Shown here in pieces: positions 9,982 through 19,300 of a DNA stretch of 64,000 nt. A program made the translations under genes and the position numbers. Every line of letters starts with the position of its first letter. The first letter of the stretch is position 1. Location: positions 62,001 through 126,000 of IMG/VR virus record IMGVR_UViG_3300025770_000870. One strand, 5' to 3'. The notes under the pieces were generated by a model. That model was not told where the DNA came from, made no database searches, and was given only the letters and a program-made list of their open reading frames with translations.

Positions 9982-10069
9982 ATGATATATATCACACTAA
10001 AAATATGTATATTGTATTTATAGTTGAAACTATTTAAAATTAGTTACATATACAATAAAAATAAAAATT

Positions 10070-10288
10070 ATGAAAGATTACAAAAAATGGACAGAAGACG
10101 AAGTAGCTTTAGTTAGAGCTGCAATTAAAAACAATGCAGAGGATATGAACTATCTAACCAAAGCACTTAACAGAACAGAGGGTAGTGTATCTTGTAGATT
10201 GGGAAGGGAAAGAATGTCAATGGGTTTAGAATCAAACTATACTGGTGAAACTATTGGTCATGTTAAGACAGAACCTATTTTAATATAA
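10070..10288 (+). CDS. Small HTH/Myb-like protein
   Basis: KKWTEDE...L.RTEGSV..RL pattern. Confidence 0.55.
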   Translation: MKDYKKWTEDEVALVRAAIKNNAEDMNYLTKALNRTEGSVSCRLGRERMSMGLESNYTGETIGHVKTEPILI

Positions 10289-10317
10289 ACAAATTAAAAA
10301 ATTATACTATAATTTTA

Positions 10318-10405
10318 GTCGATGAGGTGGTGTGGGTTACGCGATCCTTAGACGTAAGGATTGGTCTTAAATGGCTAATTAGGGTTCGATTCCCTGACAT
10401 CGACC
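10318..10405 (+). tRNA. Atypical tRNA-like gene (long variable arm, 8-nt anticodon loop, no encoded CCA); identity undetermined
   Basis: Acceptor GTCGATG/CATCGAC; D-loop with GG; ATCCT/AGGAT anticodon stem; TGGTC/GGCTA variable arm; TTAGGG-TTCGATT-CCCTGA T-arm. Confidence 0.7.
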
Positions 10406-10430
10406 TCCGGTTTTAATAAAGTTAGACAAG

Positions 10431-11267
10431 TTATGATAGTTGGTATTCGGAAAACTTCAATATCTTACTTTCATTGAAGTAATTATCCACTGGGTTTATT
10501 TCTTTGCTATATGATACCTCAGTTTCGATTTCTTCATCAGGAAATAGTTTAGGAAACTTTATATTCTTTATCTTATCTATAACTCTCTTAACCGCTAATA
10601 TACCAATATCATTAAATGATTTCAACCCTTTGATTATATCAACCATGAAATGTTTTATAGCAAAAACACCAACACCAATACCAGTTACTATTAATTTACC
10701 GACACCATCAGTAGATATCGCAGTTAAAATTGATGATATTGAAGTATCACTTTGTTGACCAATATCATTAAATATCAACGCAAATGGTACAAATAAGGCT
10801 GTATAAGCAAACATTTCACCAAAAGATGTTACTATTTTACCCAATTTAGATGATATAAAGTTAAAAACGTTCTTAATACCTTTCATTGATGTTATAAGTG
10901 GTTTTATTAAATGAAATATATTTTCATTCTTTAATTTGGTAATTAAGTCTTTATATTTCTCTTTAGGTTCACTTAATAAAATACCCATTAAACAAACAGT
11001 TAAATAAACAATACTTGATTTGGAAATCTCTTGTGGTAATTCCATTTCTGTTACAAGCTTCTCTATTATAGGATATAATCCCTTAACAGCTGGAGCGAAA
11101 ACAAACACAAATGAATATTCATAACCTAATTGATTCATAAGTTTTTTAACACTACCATCCGGTTCTTCCTTATTATGATGATGAACAGCTGCTTGTCCCG
11201 GTGTCTTATTTTCCAATAAAAAATTACATTCTCTTTCTGTGATATAATCACTATACTTATTAATCAT
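10431..11267 (-). CDS. Leader-tagged protein with hydrophobic helices
   Basis: MINKYSDYITE...FLLE; TTATATATA variant box 4 nt upstream; leader-like ILKFSEY repeated at the C-terminus. Confidence 0.7.
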   Translation of the reverse strand: MINKYSDYITERECNFLLENKTPGQAAVHHHNKEEPDGSVKKLMNQLGYEYSFVFVFAPAVKGLYPIIEKLVTEMELPQEISKSSIVYLTVCLMGILLSEPKEKYKDLITKLKNENIFHLIKPLITSMKGIKNVFNFISSKLGKIVTSFGEMFAYTALFVPFALIFNDIGQQSDTSISSILTAISTDGVGKLIVTGIGVGVFAIKHFMVDIIKGLKSFNDIGILAVKRVIDKIKNIKFPKLFPDEEIETEVSYSKEINPVDNYFNESKILKFSEYQLS

Positions 11268-11286
11268 ACACTATATATAAATATAT

Positions 11287-11376
11287 CTAGATACTTTTCG
11301 AAATGTTAGCGAATAGATATTTTATATCAAGTGTATTGATAGATTCGAATAATTTATATCAACTTATATACTTCAT
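11287..11376 (-). pseudogene. Truncated leader-family gene MKYIS*YKLFESINTLDIKYLFANISKSI*
   Basis: TAATATATA (11382-11390) then ATG; in-frame TGA at codon 6; LDIKY..F matches ORF 12596. Confidence 0.65.
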
Positions 11377-11414
11377 TGCTCTATATATTAATAACGAATT
11401 AGTATATTTGTTAT

Positions 11415-11540
11415 ATGAATTGGTACGACTAATTCACCCTATGTGAAGGTAGGTAAATTTCAAACATGACTTCTCCTCTCTGTTTGTTTCGCCTAGCTGA
11501 GCGAGCTCCACTTTTTTGTAGGAAGCGAATCAGTTTTTTT
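11415..11540 (+). ncRNA. Candidate structured small RNA or leader
   Basis: TATATTTG promoter at 11403-11410; consecutive hairpins; ends in a T-run; no long ORF. Confidence 0.4.
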
Positions 11541-11545
11541 ATTAT

Positions 11546-11812
11546 ATGATAATATTTAATACCATAAAGAAAGCAGAACATTATGTCTCCTACTGTAACA
11601 AGAAGGTTGATCGGGAAGAGGGTGGATATGATTGGTCCTCTGTAAGAACTTTTATAGAGGGTGAATATATTATATGCAATAGCTCCGGTGATGGTTGTGG
11701 TTGTGGGTGTGATGATTATATGTATGATTATAATGAAGTAATTGGTCGTATAAAATCGTATGATAAAAAAAGTATTCGTGGTAATAAACTAAAACAGATC
11801 ATCGGTTTTTGA
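11546..11812 (+). CDS. Hypothetical protein with C-terminal RxxK[IL] tag
   Basis: GCGCGC motif; ends IRGNKLKQIIGF. Confidence 0.7.
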   Translation: MIIFNTIKKAEHYVSYCNKKVDREEGGYDWSSVRTFIEGEYIICNSSGDGCGCGCDDYMYDYNEVIGRIKSYDKKSIRGNKLKQIIGF

Positions 11813-11880
11813 ACAGATTTGAACAGAAAAAAATCTACAATATCTCAATAAATAAATAATTTATATTAATATATATAAAT

Positions 11881-12390
11881 ATGTTATTAAAGTATAAACT
11901 TTTTTTAGAAAAAAAATTCGATTCTAGAAAAGATATTGAGGGTTATGTAGATGCCAATGAATTGGTTGGACAAAGACTTTGGTTTCATACCAATAGGACT
12001 AATCGTAATAACGGTAATAATGGGATGATTGGTGTTTATAGTACATCACCTTCTGGTAGAAAAAAGGGTTTAGCTGGTAGGTATACGAATGAAGTTAGAC
12101 TAACAGATCCTATTTTCTTTCAGACCTCAATAGCAGGATCTGATACTATAAAGGCTACAAAAAAGAGAGGTTTAATAGCAGGAGTTTCGGGTGTAGTTGT
12201 TGAAACAAATAATGATATAAATAATATGATTCCGATAACTTACAACCCCAACGAAAATGGGTATTTTCATGAGGTGGGAGATGTGGATGCAAAAGAAATA
12301 ATATCGGGTAGTGAGGTATATTTCAACTCAACAGAAGATGGACAATGGTTTATCTATGTGAAAAATCCCGTGTATCAATTACTCAAATAG
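11881..12390 (+). CDS. Leader-tagged hypothetical protein
   Basis: MLLKYKLFLE; TAATATATA at 11867-11875. Confidence 0.75.
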   Translation: MLLKYKLFLEKKFDSRKDIEGYVDANELVGQRLWFHTNRTNRNNGNNGMIGVYSTSPSGRKKGLAGRYTNEVRLTDPIFFQTSIAGSDTIKATKKRGLIAGVSGVVVETNNDINNMIPITYNPNENGYFHEVGDVDAKEIISGSEVYFNSTEDGQWFIYVKNPVYQLLK

Positions 12391-12595
12391 AAAATAAACC
12401 GAGTTCCGATTCAAATATTACTCCAAAAATATATAAGCCAAAAAATTGGTCGTTGAGTAGCACTGGATTTATAACAATACCAAATTATTGGATTGAAGGA
12501 AGACAACCAGATTTACGTTTAGATATCTACGACATATACTTTCTTAAAGTGGTAATATTAATTTATGATATGTTTATTTTTAATATATAACTATA

Positions 12596-13150
12596 ATGAA
12601 ACACCTTATAAGATATAATGAGTCTGATGAGTCTGATGATAATAAATTAGATATTAAGTATATAGAATCTTGCTTTGCTGAATTAATAGATAATTATATT
12701 GATTATAATAATGGTTATTTAGGAAGAAATAGTTGGACGAAAAATCCTATTACTAGTAGTTTAGAATATGGTGCTGAGGATTATTACAGTAATGAAAGTT
12801 GGTCTATTAGGTTATTACTTGAAGGAACACCAACAAATATGTCTGATGATCTATCCGATGGTAGTATAAAAACATCAGGGGTTCATAGATCATCATATAG
12901 AATTGGATATAAGTTAGGTAAGTTAGTCAAGGACGCAAATGAAAAACTTGAGATATTAAAGGAAATTGAAGTGGGTGTTAAACGAATTAAGGAAAAATAC
13001 CCATCATATAATATAGATTTCAATAAACAATTTACACATAGTAAGGATACACAAACCACGATACAAGAATTTATAGTTGTTGGTATTAGTCAACCACATT
13101 CAGATCGTTTACGACAGGTTAAATATAACTGGAAAGACGCGAATATTTAA
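12596..13150 (+). CDS. Leader-tagged paralog-family protein
   Basis: MKHLIRYNES; YIESCFAELID; TAATATATA at 12581-12589. Confidence 0.75.
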   Translation: MKHLIRYNESDESDDNKLDIKYIESCFAELIDNYIDYNNGYLGRNSWTKNPITSSLEYGAEDYYSNESWSIRLLLEGTPTNMSDDLSDGSIKTSGVHRSSYRIGYKLGKLVKDANEKLEILKEIEVGVKRIKEKYPSYNIDFNKQFTHSKDTQTTIQEFIVVGISQPHSDRLRQVKYNWKDANI

Positions 13151-13500
13151 AAGATAATTGTATTAATTTTATATCCTCTTTCAAACATTTTATAAGCTCT
13201 CAGAAAATCTTCTTGTTTCGTAAATAAGCTTATTAAATAGTTTTCAAATTCTACACCAGTGTAACCATCCATGAGCGAGTTTCTAATTCCTCCTACCTTT
13301 ATAACAATACCTTCATAATCAAAGACAGAATGATCAGTGTCTATATCAATACTAAAATTACTCAAAAGGAATCCTATGTGTTTCGCTTTTTCTAAGTATT
13401 CTAATCCGATTTTATCATCATAATCACCACACATTATATCATTGAGGTTTTCACTTAAACCTCCAAAAGTTTTAAATGGTGTTTTATCCAAATGTTTCAT
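13147..13500 (-). CDS. Hypothetical protein with C-terminal tag variant
   Basis: Ends ERGYKINTIIF; TATATTTG promoter at 13593-13600. Confidence 0.6.
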   Translation of the reverse strand: MKHLDKTPFKTFGGLSENLNDIMCGDYDDKIGLEYLEKAKHIGFLLSNFSIDIDTDHSVFDYEGIVIKVGGIRNSLMDGYTGVEFENYLISLFTKQEDFLRAYKMFERGYKINTIIF

Positions 13501-13624
13501 TTAATAAATTTACTGTGTATAATATAATCGACATACACATCAACCATATTAAAAACTTGTTAATATTTTCTTTATACTTTTTATACATATCACAAATATA
13601 AGGATTATTATTAATATATAACAT

Positions 13625-14056
13625 ATGAAACATCTCAAAAGAATAAATGAGTTATATCTAACATCAGATGTGTCTAGTGTTATAGATGATATATTATTGG
13701 AGATTAATGATATACCTAAGTTTGTTGGTCTTAATTGGAATCATACGGATCGTTTGGGTCGGGCATCTGAACATAGTTTTTTGGTTATTATTAAGTTGAG
13801 TGAGGGTATAGAAGATGGTATGGATTATGGTGTTGGTTTAGATGAGGAAATAACAGAAACTATTAAAAGGTTATTAGAATTTATGACAAGCAATCGATAT
13901 GAATACTTGATGGAATTTGGAACAGATAACATACCACCTGGTACTTCAAAAAAAGAATTAAGTGATTATATTAGGAAGTTTGAATATAGTGAATTATCTG
14001 ATAATGATTTAACTATGTGGGTGGATGAATTTATAAGAATAACTTTTACAAAATGA
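13625..14056 (+). CDS. Leader-tagged paralog-family protein
   Basis: MKHLKRINE; VIDDILLEIND; TAATATATA at 13612-13620. Confidence 0.75.
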   Translation: MKHLKRINELYLTSDVSSVIDDILLEINDIPKFVGLNWNHTDRLGRASEHSFLVIIKLSEGIEDGMDYGVGLDEEITETIKRLLEFMTSNRYEYLMEFGTDNIPPGTSKKELSDYIRKFEYSELSDNDLTMWVDEFIRITFTK

Positions 14057-14472
14057 GATACATGAAAACATATGAATCATTTGGGAATCCCTTTGGTAAC
14101 AGTCCGAGGGATAGACGAATCAAGTTGTACAGTTTCCCCAGGGCAACACTTTTACTTGAAATCGAGGATATTCTAAGAGAGTTAGAGGATAATAATATAC
14201 GTGTTGAGGTATATTTTTGGGATGGTGTTGAGGTTTTCTTAACCAGTAGAAACGAACATGAAGTTAGAAGAGGCTTACTAGCTCCTGATACATTCCCATA
14301 TGAGGTTATAAAACCTAATATAGAGCATCTAGTTTCTTTCTTAGAAGAAATTGGATATAAAATTAAAAGTATTCATAATATTGTTAATCTTGAATCAAGA
14401 GGATCAATAACTCAATATCCTGATTTGGATGGTGAAGAAATAGGTAGATTGGAATTTAGATTTATCAAATAA
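14053..14472 (+). CDS. Leader-tagged paralog-family protein
   Basis: MRYMKTYESF; IEDILRELED; ATGA overlap. Confidence 0.75.
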   Translation: MRYMKTYESFGNPFGNSPRDRRIKLYSFPRATLLLEIEDILRELEDNNIRVEVYFWDGVEVFLTSRNEHEVRRGLLAPDTFPYEVIKPNIEHLVSFLEEIGYKIKSIHNIVNLESRGSITQYPDLDGEEIGRLEFRFIK

Positions 14473-14653
14473 TTAATTACTTTATAAACAATACAACATT
14501 TAATTTTTAGTTCCATTTTTCTAATTCATATTCCTTTAAGGTTATCCAAATACCAAGTATTCTATGTTGTAAAGCTCTAGTAGTAACTAAACAAGTTGCC
14601 TTGCGGTTTCGGATAGTAAAAATATTTTTAGTTTTTATTCTATACATAGTTAA

Positions 14654-15013
14654 TTATTTTAAAATACTATTGATTTTTTCATCACGAATCTCTAATAGTA
14701 GTTGATCTTTATCAAACTCAGGGTAAGCAAATTCACCGACACATACTTGTGTGTGTCCATCTTTGACATAGAGTTCCCAAGCATCTCCAATACCTTGTCC
14801 AATACCAGATATCTTAAAAATATTATCTGGTTTGGTTTTAGAAAATTTAATTATATCTTCTTCGTATGAATACCACTCACACCATGAATCTGCGTCTGAA
14901 TCACCATATCTATCAAAGGCGTATTTAGCACTATCAGAAAAATTTCTAAATTTATTAATTAACTTATTACTACCCTCCACAATAGTAAATTGATACTTTG
15001 TTAAATATGACAT
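14654..15013 (-). CDS. Hypothetical phage protein with C-terminal tag
   Basis: Probable start MSYLTKY; ends EIRDEKINSILK. Confidence 0.7.
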   Translation of the reverse strand: MSYLTKYQFTIVEGSNKLINKFRNFSDSAKYAFDRYGDSDADSWCEWYSYEEDIIKFSKTKPDNIFKISGIGQGIGDAWELYVKDGHTQVCVGEFAYPEFDKDQLLLEIRDEKINSILK

Positions 15014-15070
15014 TAAACCAAATCTTTTATATCTTTGAATAAAAATAATAATCACCCCTCGATAATATCA

Positions 15071-15274
15071 TTAAACTTTATATTTTTCAAGGTAAGTATC
15101 AAATGTTTTATCACATAAATCATTTCTAAAACCTTTAATAATAGTCTTATAGAAATATCCCGTATGTCTTTTAGCATACAAGTCAATAACATTACTAGCG
15201 TTACCGCAATCATTCATAGTTTCACAACCAGAAATAATTTCAGTTACTTTATCAATTTCAAAATCTGTGTTCAT
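15071..15274 (-). CDS. Hypothetical protein
   Basis: 67-aa ORF; TACATTTG promoter at 15310-15317. Confidence 0.6.
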   Translation of the reverse strand: MNTDFEIDKVTEIISGCETMNDCGNASNVIDLYAKRHTGYFYKTIIKGFRNDLCDKTFDTYLEKYKV

Positions 15275-15355
15275 AGTTTATATTTTTTAATTATTACTTT
15301 ATTTATATACAAATGTAAGGATATTATCATACTAATACAAATTAATATATACTTT

Positions 15356-15496
15356 ATGGAAGGAATGAGGAAAATTATTATGTTTAGTCTTGTAATGATA
15401 GTGTTAAGTTCTTGTGGAGTACTCAAGGGTGGTAAAGGTAAATGTGAGTGTGAGGACTGGGGTCGAAGAGAGTCTGAAAAGACTGATAGTGTATGA
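15356..15496 (+). CDS. Small lipoprotein
   Basis: MRKIIMFSLVMIVLSSC lipobox; TAATATATA at 15343-15351. Confidence 0.6.
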   Translation: MEGMRKIIMFSLVMIVLSSCGVLKGGKGKCECEDWGRRESEKTDSV

Positions 15497-15882
15497 AATA
15501 CCTAAAAAAATTCAATGATATAAGATTCGAAATAGAAGAATCTGATTCAACTAAAATACGTATGTATGATGTTGATGAAAAAGTTGGTTATTCATCAGTA
15601 ACTATAAAGGATAATATTTTTGATAAATGGAATTTACATGATGATTTAGAAGTTGATCCGATAAAAAATACTAAAAGCTTATACATTCTAGGAATATCAA
15701 TGAGGAATAGGAGAACAGGTTATGGTTCTAATTTAATAAACTATATTGAGGAATATGCTAATAAGAAAGGATGTGAATACATCACACTAAGTTCTATTAC
15801 CGATGCTTTGGGGTTCTGGAAAAAAATGGGATATGAAGTTTATAGTATGGGTGATTACTATTCAATGTATAAGAAGTTATAA
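15493..15882 (+). CDS. Leader-tagged GNAT acetyltransferase
   Basis: MKYLKKFND; RRTGYGSNLI acetyl-CoA motif; ALGFWKKMGY. Confidence 0.85.
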   Translation: MKYLKKFNDIRFEIEESDSTKIRMYDVDEKVGYSSVTIKDNIFDKWNLHDDLEVDPIKNTKSLYILGISMRNRRTGYGSNLINYIEEYANKKGCEYITLSSITDALGFWKKMGYEVYSMGDYYSMYKKL

Positions 15883-15905
15883 ACCTTATTGATATTGCTT
15901 ATATA

Positions 15906-16229
15906 ATGTTTATGGATTTAGTAGAAATAAGATATGTTGGTGATAAGAGTTGGTCAGTTGTAACTCGATTCTTAGCAACAGGGATGTCTGGGATTGAAAT
16001 GAGAGAGATTGATAAAAATGGACCTAAATTAACTCTAATCAACAATCTAAATAAAGAATTTATCAAAGAGCGTACTTGTAATTGGGAGAAGGAGGATTAT
16101 GAATACACAACACCATGTGGTGTTAATTTCGATTGTGATAAAGTTACTAAAATTAACGATAATAACCTTGGTTATGTCCTCCACTACTGTCCAAATTGTG
16201 GTGGTAAGTTAGATTTAAATCTAATTTAA
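15906..16229 (+). CDS. Zn-ribbon protein
   Basis: TPCG...YCPNCGGKL. Confidence 0.6.
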   Translation: MFMDLVEIRYVGDKSWSVVTRFLATGMSGIEMREIDKNGPKLTLINNLNKEFIKERTCNWEKEDYEYTTPCGVNFDCDKVTKINDNNLGYVLHYCPNCGGKLDLNLI

Positions 16230-16238
16230 ATCTATTGG

Positions 16239-16706
16239 TTAACTTTTACCTATTCTCCATGCGTTTTTAACAACTCTTTTAATTTTAGTAGAATCTTCAT
16301 AGTTACCAATTACGACACCATCTTTGATAGTGAATGCGTGTGATGTAACTTGTAGTATGTAAGTACCTTTATCATATTCTTTTATGAAAGTACCAACAGT
16401 CATTTTACTCTTACCATTGTTAGTTTTTAAGTGGTTTTTATTAATGGTATTTACCGTTTTTCGATTTAATCTAAGGTTATCATTATTCATACCATTCATA
16501 CCTGGTGCGAATCCATATGTTCCTTTTTTATTTTTACGGCTGAATTTATTACAGACCCATTTATGTGATTTATCGTATGTCATACCAGATGCGGATGCAA
16601 TGGCTCTAACAACACAGTCATTATTTTCTTTTTTAGCAATAACCGAATCTCTGTATCCGTTAATCGCGGCTGATGAAGATGTATAAGGAATTTTTTTTGT
16701 TTTCAT
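16239..16706 (-). CDS. Conserved phage protein (NDCVVRAIA...HA), possible papain-like fold
   Basis: Cys in DCVVRA and His in SHAF. Confidence 0.6.
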   Translation of the reverse strand: MKTKKIPYTSSSAAINGYRDSVIAKKENNDCVVRAIASASGMTYDKSHKWVCNKFSRKNKKGTYGFAPGMNGMNNDNLRLNRKTVNTINKNHLKTNNGKSKMTVGTFIKEYDKGTYILQVTSHAFTIKDGVVIGNYEDSTKIKRVVKNAWRIGKS

Positions 16707-16759
16707 AGTAGTGATTTTTATTTCTACTAAGATACGGAATTTATATCAATTAAAAAAAT

Positions 16760-17272
16760 TTATTTATTAAGTATTTTATTAAGTTTAGTATCTCTTAGTG
16801 TTGATTTACCTATAATATTGTGTATTTTCTTCATTGATTTATCACAATTATCTTTTGAATTTTTATTAAATTCATTTTTATAATCAGCATACTTTTGGTA
16901 AAAGAATTTATAATCTTTTTCCTTTATATCTCCTTTGTGTGAGAAGAAGGTACCAGCTGATAAATAGATTGCGGATATTGTAAATATCCCACCTTCAATT
17001 TTATACTTTACTTTTAAGTCTACCTTATTTTTAGAAAATTTTATTTCTTCATAGTTCACTCCCAAATCCCAATTATCAATTTGTACTGAATGGAATATGT
17101 CCTCGAATGTGTCTTCAATATATTTGTCCTCGTTGAAGCTTTTTATTTCAACAAATTCATCCTTTATGTTTTTTGGAATTACTTTTGATTTTTTTCCTTT
17201 ATTCATCTTAATACCCAAATAGGAATATGTACATAATATGGCAATAATTCCTATAAGTAATAATATATTCAT
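16760..17272 (-). CDS. Membrane-anchored protein with C-terminal tag
   Basis: N-terminal TM; ends LRDTKLNKILNK. Confidence 0.7.
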   Translation of the reverse strand: MNILLLIGIIAILCTYSYLGIKMNKGKKSKVIPKNIKDEFVEIKSFNEDKYIEDTFEDIFHSVQIDNWDLGVNYEEIKFSKNKVDLKVKYKIEGGIFTISAIYLSAGTFFSHKGDIKEKDYKFFYQKYADYKNEFNKNSKDNCDKSMKKIHNIIGKSTLRDTKLNKILNK

Positions 17273-17289
17273 TTTGTAATTTTTTTTAA

Positions 17290-17480
17290 TATTGTTTTCA
17301 TTAAAGTAGTCTAATGAAAGATTAACTTACTGATATCAATGAACCTCACTGTGTTGAATTTAACAGACTCTTTAAGAGGTTTGATAGTCTTAGTAGTATT
17401 CTCTATAATAGTTAGCTCAGTCCTCTAAAAAGACACCCAGTTGTGATTCTTAGTCTATCAACCGGGTTATTGTTTTCATT
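17290..17480 (-). ncRNA. Structured intergenic element bounded by a 13-bp direct repeat
   Basis: TATTGTTTTCATT at 17290-17302 and 17468-17480; nested stems between them. Confidence 0.45.
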
Positions 17481-17481
17481 T

Positions 17482-17955
17482 TTATTTTTCAAAATAATCA
17501 GTTAATTCATCCTTCAATATCTCTCTATATTTTAGAGTTCCTATTCCGTTATCTAGATAAATCCATATTATTGGTTTCATTTTACTAATGAATTCTCTCA
17601 TTTCATCAGTAGCAACTTCTGACCACCTTTCATCTAAGACAGATAAATTATCAACCTTGATGTAATATCTACTACCAACTTTACAACTACCAGATGGGAT
17701 TTCTTTTATACAAGTATATAACTCAACCAAATCATTATCGATATCGATATTACATTTAATATCTTCTTCTTTAGATAATTCAGATTTTAAATCTATAAGA
17801 TCTGTCTTATGTTTGAGCAAATACTCTTTAATAATTGGATCATTATCATCAAAAATATTTAATGCGTTAGTTAATACTACATGTTTGTTTTCTAAATTAG
17901 CAGCATTCTCAAAGTCTGATTCGAATTGTTCTATTGTGTAAGAAGTTTCTATCAT
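17482..17955 (-). CDS. Hypothetical protein
   Basis: 157-aa ORF in a minus-strand run. Confidence 0.7.
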   Translation of the reverse strand: MIETSYTIEQFESDFENAANLENKHVVLTNALNIFDDNDPIIKEYLLKHKTDLIDLKSELSKEEDIKCNIDIDNDLVELYTCIKEIPSGSCKVGSRYYIKVDNLSVLDERWSEVATDEMREFISKMKPIIWIYLDNGIGTLKYREILKDELTDYFEK

Positions 17956-17991
17956 GTGTATAATTTTAGAGGGGATATTAACCCCCTATTT

Positions 17992-18180
17992 TTACGAAAG
18001 AATACCTTTTCCAAGAATAAGTGGAGAAGCATCTTTGTTTGTTGTTATGGTAAAAAGATTTTCATATTCCTTTATGATAAGAGCTTTATCACCGAACATT
18101 TTTTTATAGTTCTCTCTAGCATAAGCTTCAACTTCATCTCTTACTGAATCTTCCATTATAATTTCTTCTTTTCTTTTCAT
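17992..18180 (-). CDS. Hypothetical protein
   Basis: 62-aa ORF. Confidence 0.6.
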   Translation of the reverse strand: MKRKEEIIMEDSVRDEVEAYARENYKKMFGDKALIIKEYENLFTITTNKDASPLILGKGILS

Positions 18181-18229
18181 TTCTTTTCTTTTTATAGGTT
18201 TATAATTGAATACAAAAATACAAATCTAT

Positions 18230-18487
18230 TTAATATATTCCTAATTTATTTAACTTTTTTATTCTATTATTAATTTTTTTTATTCTATACTGAGTATTTT
18301 TATAATTATTCATTATACAACTCTTCATAACAAGAGCCATATAGTCAAACTCTTTAGTGTTCTTGTTTGGTTTATAATGATGATAATGGTGTAACTTGGT
18401 TTTGTTAATAATGTCTTTTTTATTAATAAACCCAGTTATACCTGAATTTTTGACCAACCTTTCATATAAATCATCAAAATCTAACAT
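18230..18487 (-). CDS. Hypothetical protein with tag-like C-terminus
   Basis: Ends NRIKKLNKLGIY. Confidence 0.6.
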   Translation of the reverse strand: MLDFDDLYERLVKNSGITGFINKKDIINKTKLHHYHHYKPNKNTKEFDYMALVMKSCIMNNYKNTQYRIKKINNRIKKLNKLGIY

Positions 18488-18496
18488 TTTATAAAA

Positions 18497-18694
18497 CTAC
18501 TTTCCATTTATATTTGATGCTATTGACAAAACCTCATAACTACAACCATTATCAGAATTTTCATTCATAACTTCAGCAAGTTTATTTGCTACGTTTACTT
18601 GTGGTATTTCTAATACCTCACTATAACCATTTGTTAAAAATACATGGCTCTTCTTACCACTTTTGATAAGGGTTTTTTTAATTACATAAATCAT
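18497..18694 (-). CDS. Hypothetical protein
   Basis: 65-aa ORF. Confidence 0.65.
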   Translation of the reverse strand: MIYVIKKTLIKSGKKSHVFLTNGYSEVLEIPQVNVANKLAEVMNENSDNGCSYEVLSIASNINGK

Positions 18695-18757
18695 ATTTCT
18701 CTATTTTTTAATTTTCAATTATACAAAAAGTCTATTTTATAAATATAAGTAAATTAT

Positions 18758-19015
18758 TTACAATACCTTTCTAATTCTTACTTTTTTATATTTAAATTTT
18801 TCAATAACTATTGTATCTGTACAAGACCAATTAGACTCTTCTATATAAATACAAAATTTATCACAATTATAATCTTCATAGTGTGAGTGATGTGATGGTA
18901 TTGTTATAGTATCCTCTATTACTAAAATTTCCACACCATCATGAACATAATGTTCTGTGGTTTTACAAGATGTGAATATTATTGTAAGTGTTAGTAAGTA
19001 TATTAATATCTTCAT
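18758..19015 (-). CDS. Lipoprotein
   Basis: MKILIYLLTLTIIFTSC lipobox. Confidence 0.65.
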   Translation of the reverse strand: MKILIYLLTLTIIFTSCKTTEHYVHDGVEILVIEDTITIPSHHSHYEDYNCDKFCIYIEESNWSCTDTIVIEKFKYKKVRIRKVL

Positions 19016-19043
19016 TTTATTATTTTTATCTATTACTATTTGA

Positions 19044-19277
19044 TTAATACCATATTTGAAAATATCTGAAAATATTCCCGGGCTCTTCTTTATCCATTGA
19101 TAAGTAAATTGGTAGATTTTGGTCATGGTCATTATCCATTATTTGAATATCACTATCTGATATATGAAGTATTTCATATTCCTTACCAGGTGTTAAAAGA
19201 ACAGTCATTGGGTAAATACAAGTTAGTTTTTCACCAACTGATATTTTTCTACTATTAATTGATATTTTCTTTGACAT
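19044..19277 (-). CDS. Hypothetical protein (SH3-like beta)
   Basis: TATCTTTG 4 nt before ATG; LT.GKEYEI pattern. Confidence 0.65.
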   Translation of the reverse strand: MSKKISINSRKISVGEKLTCIYPMTVLLTPGKEYEILHISDSDIQIMDNDHDQNLPIYLSMDKEEPGNIFRYFQIWY

Positions 19278-19300
19278 ATAACAAAGATAAGGAAAATATA

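Noticed and set aside
10318-10405. Selenocysteine or suppressor tRNA
   Set aside because: The 13-bp acceptor/T helix is suggestive, but there is no TCA or CTA anticodon and the fold is 7/6, not 8/5.
12345-12590. 81-aa ORF in the spacer
   Set aside because: Overlaps the previous gene and the next promoter; more likely a decayed gene that could not be identified.
17290-17480. HEARO/omegaRNA (IscB) identity, suggested by CAATAACCC...GGTTGA.TAGACTAAG
   Set aside because: Only short word matches and no adjacent IscB/TnpB ORF; left unassigned pending a covariance-model search.
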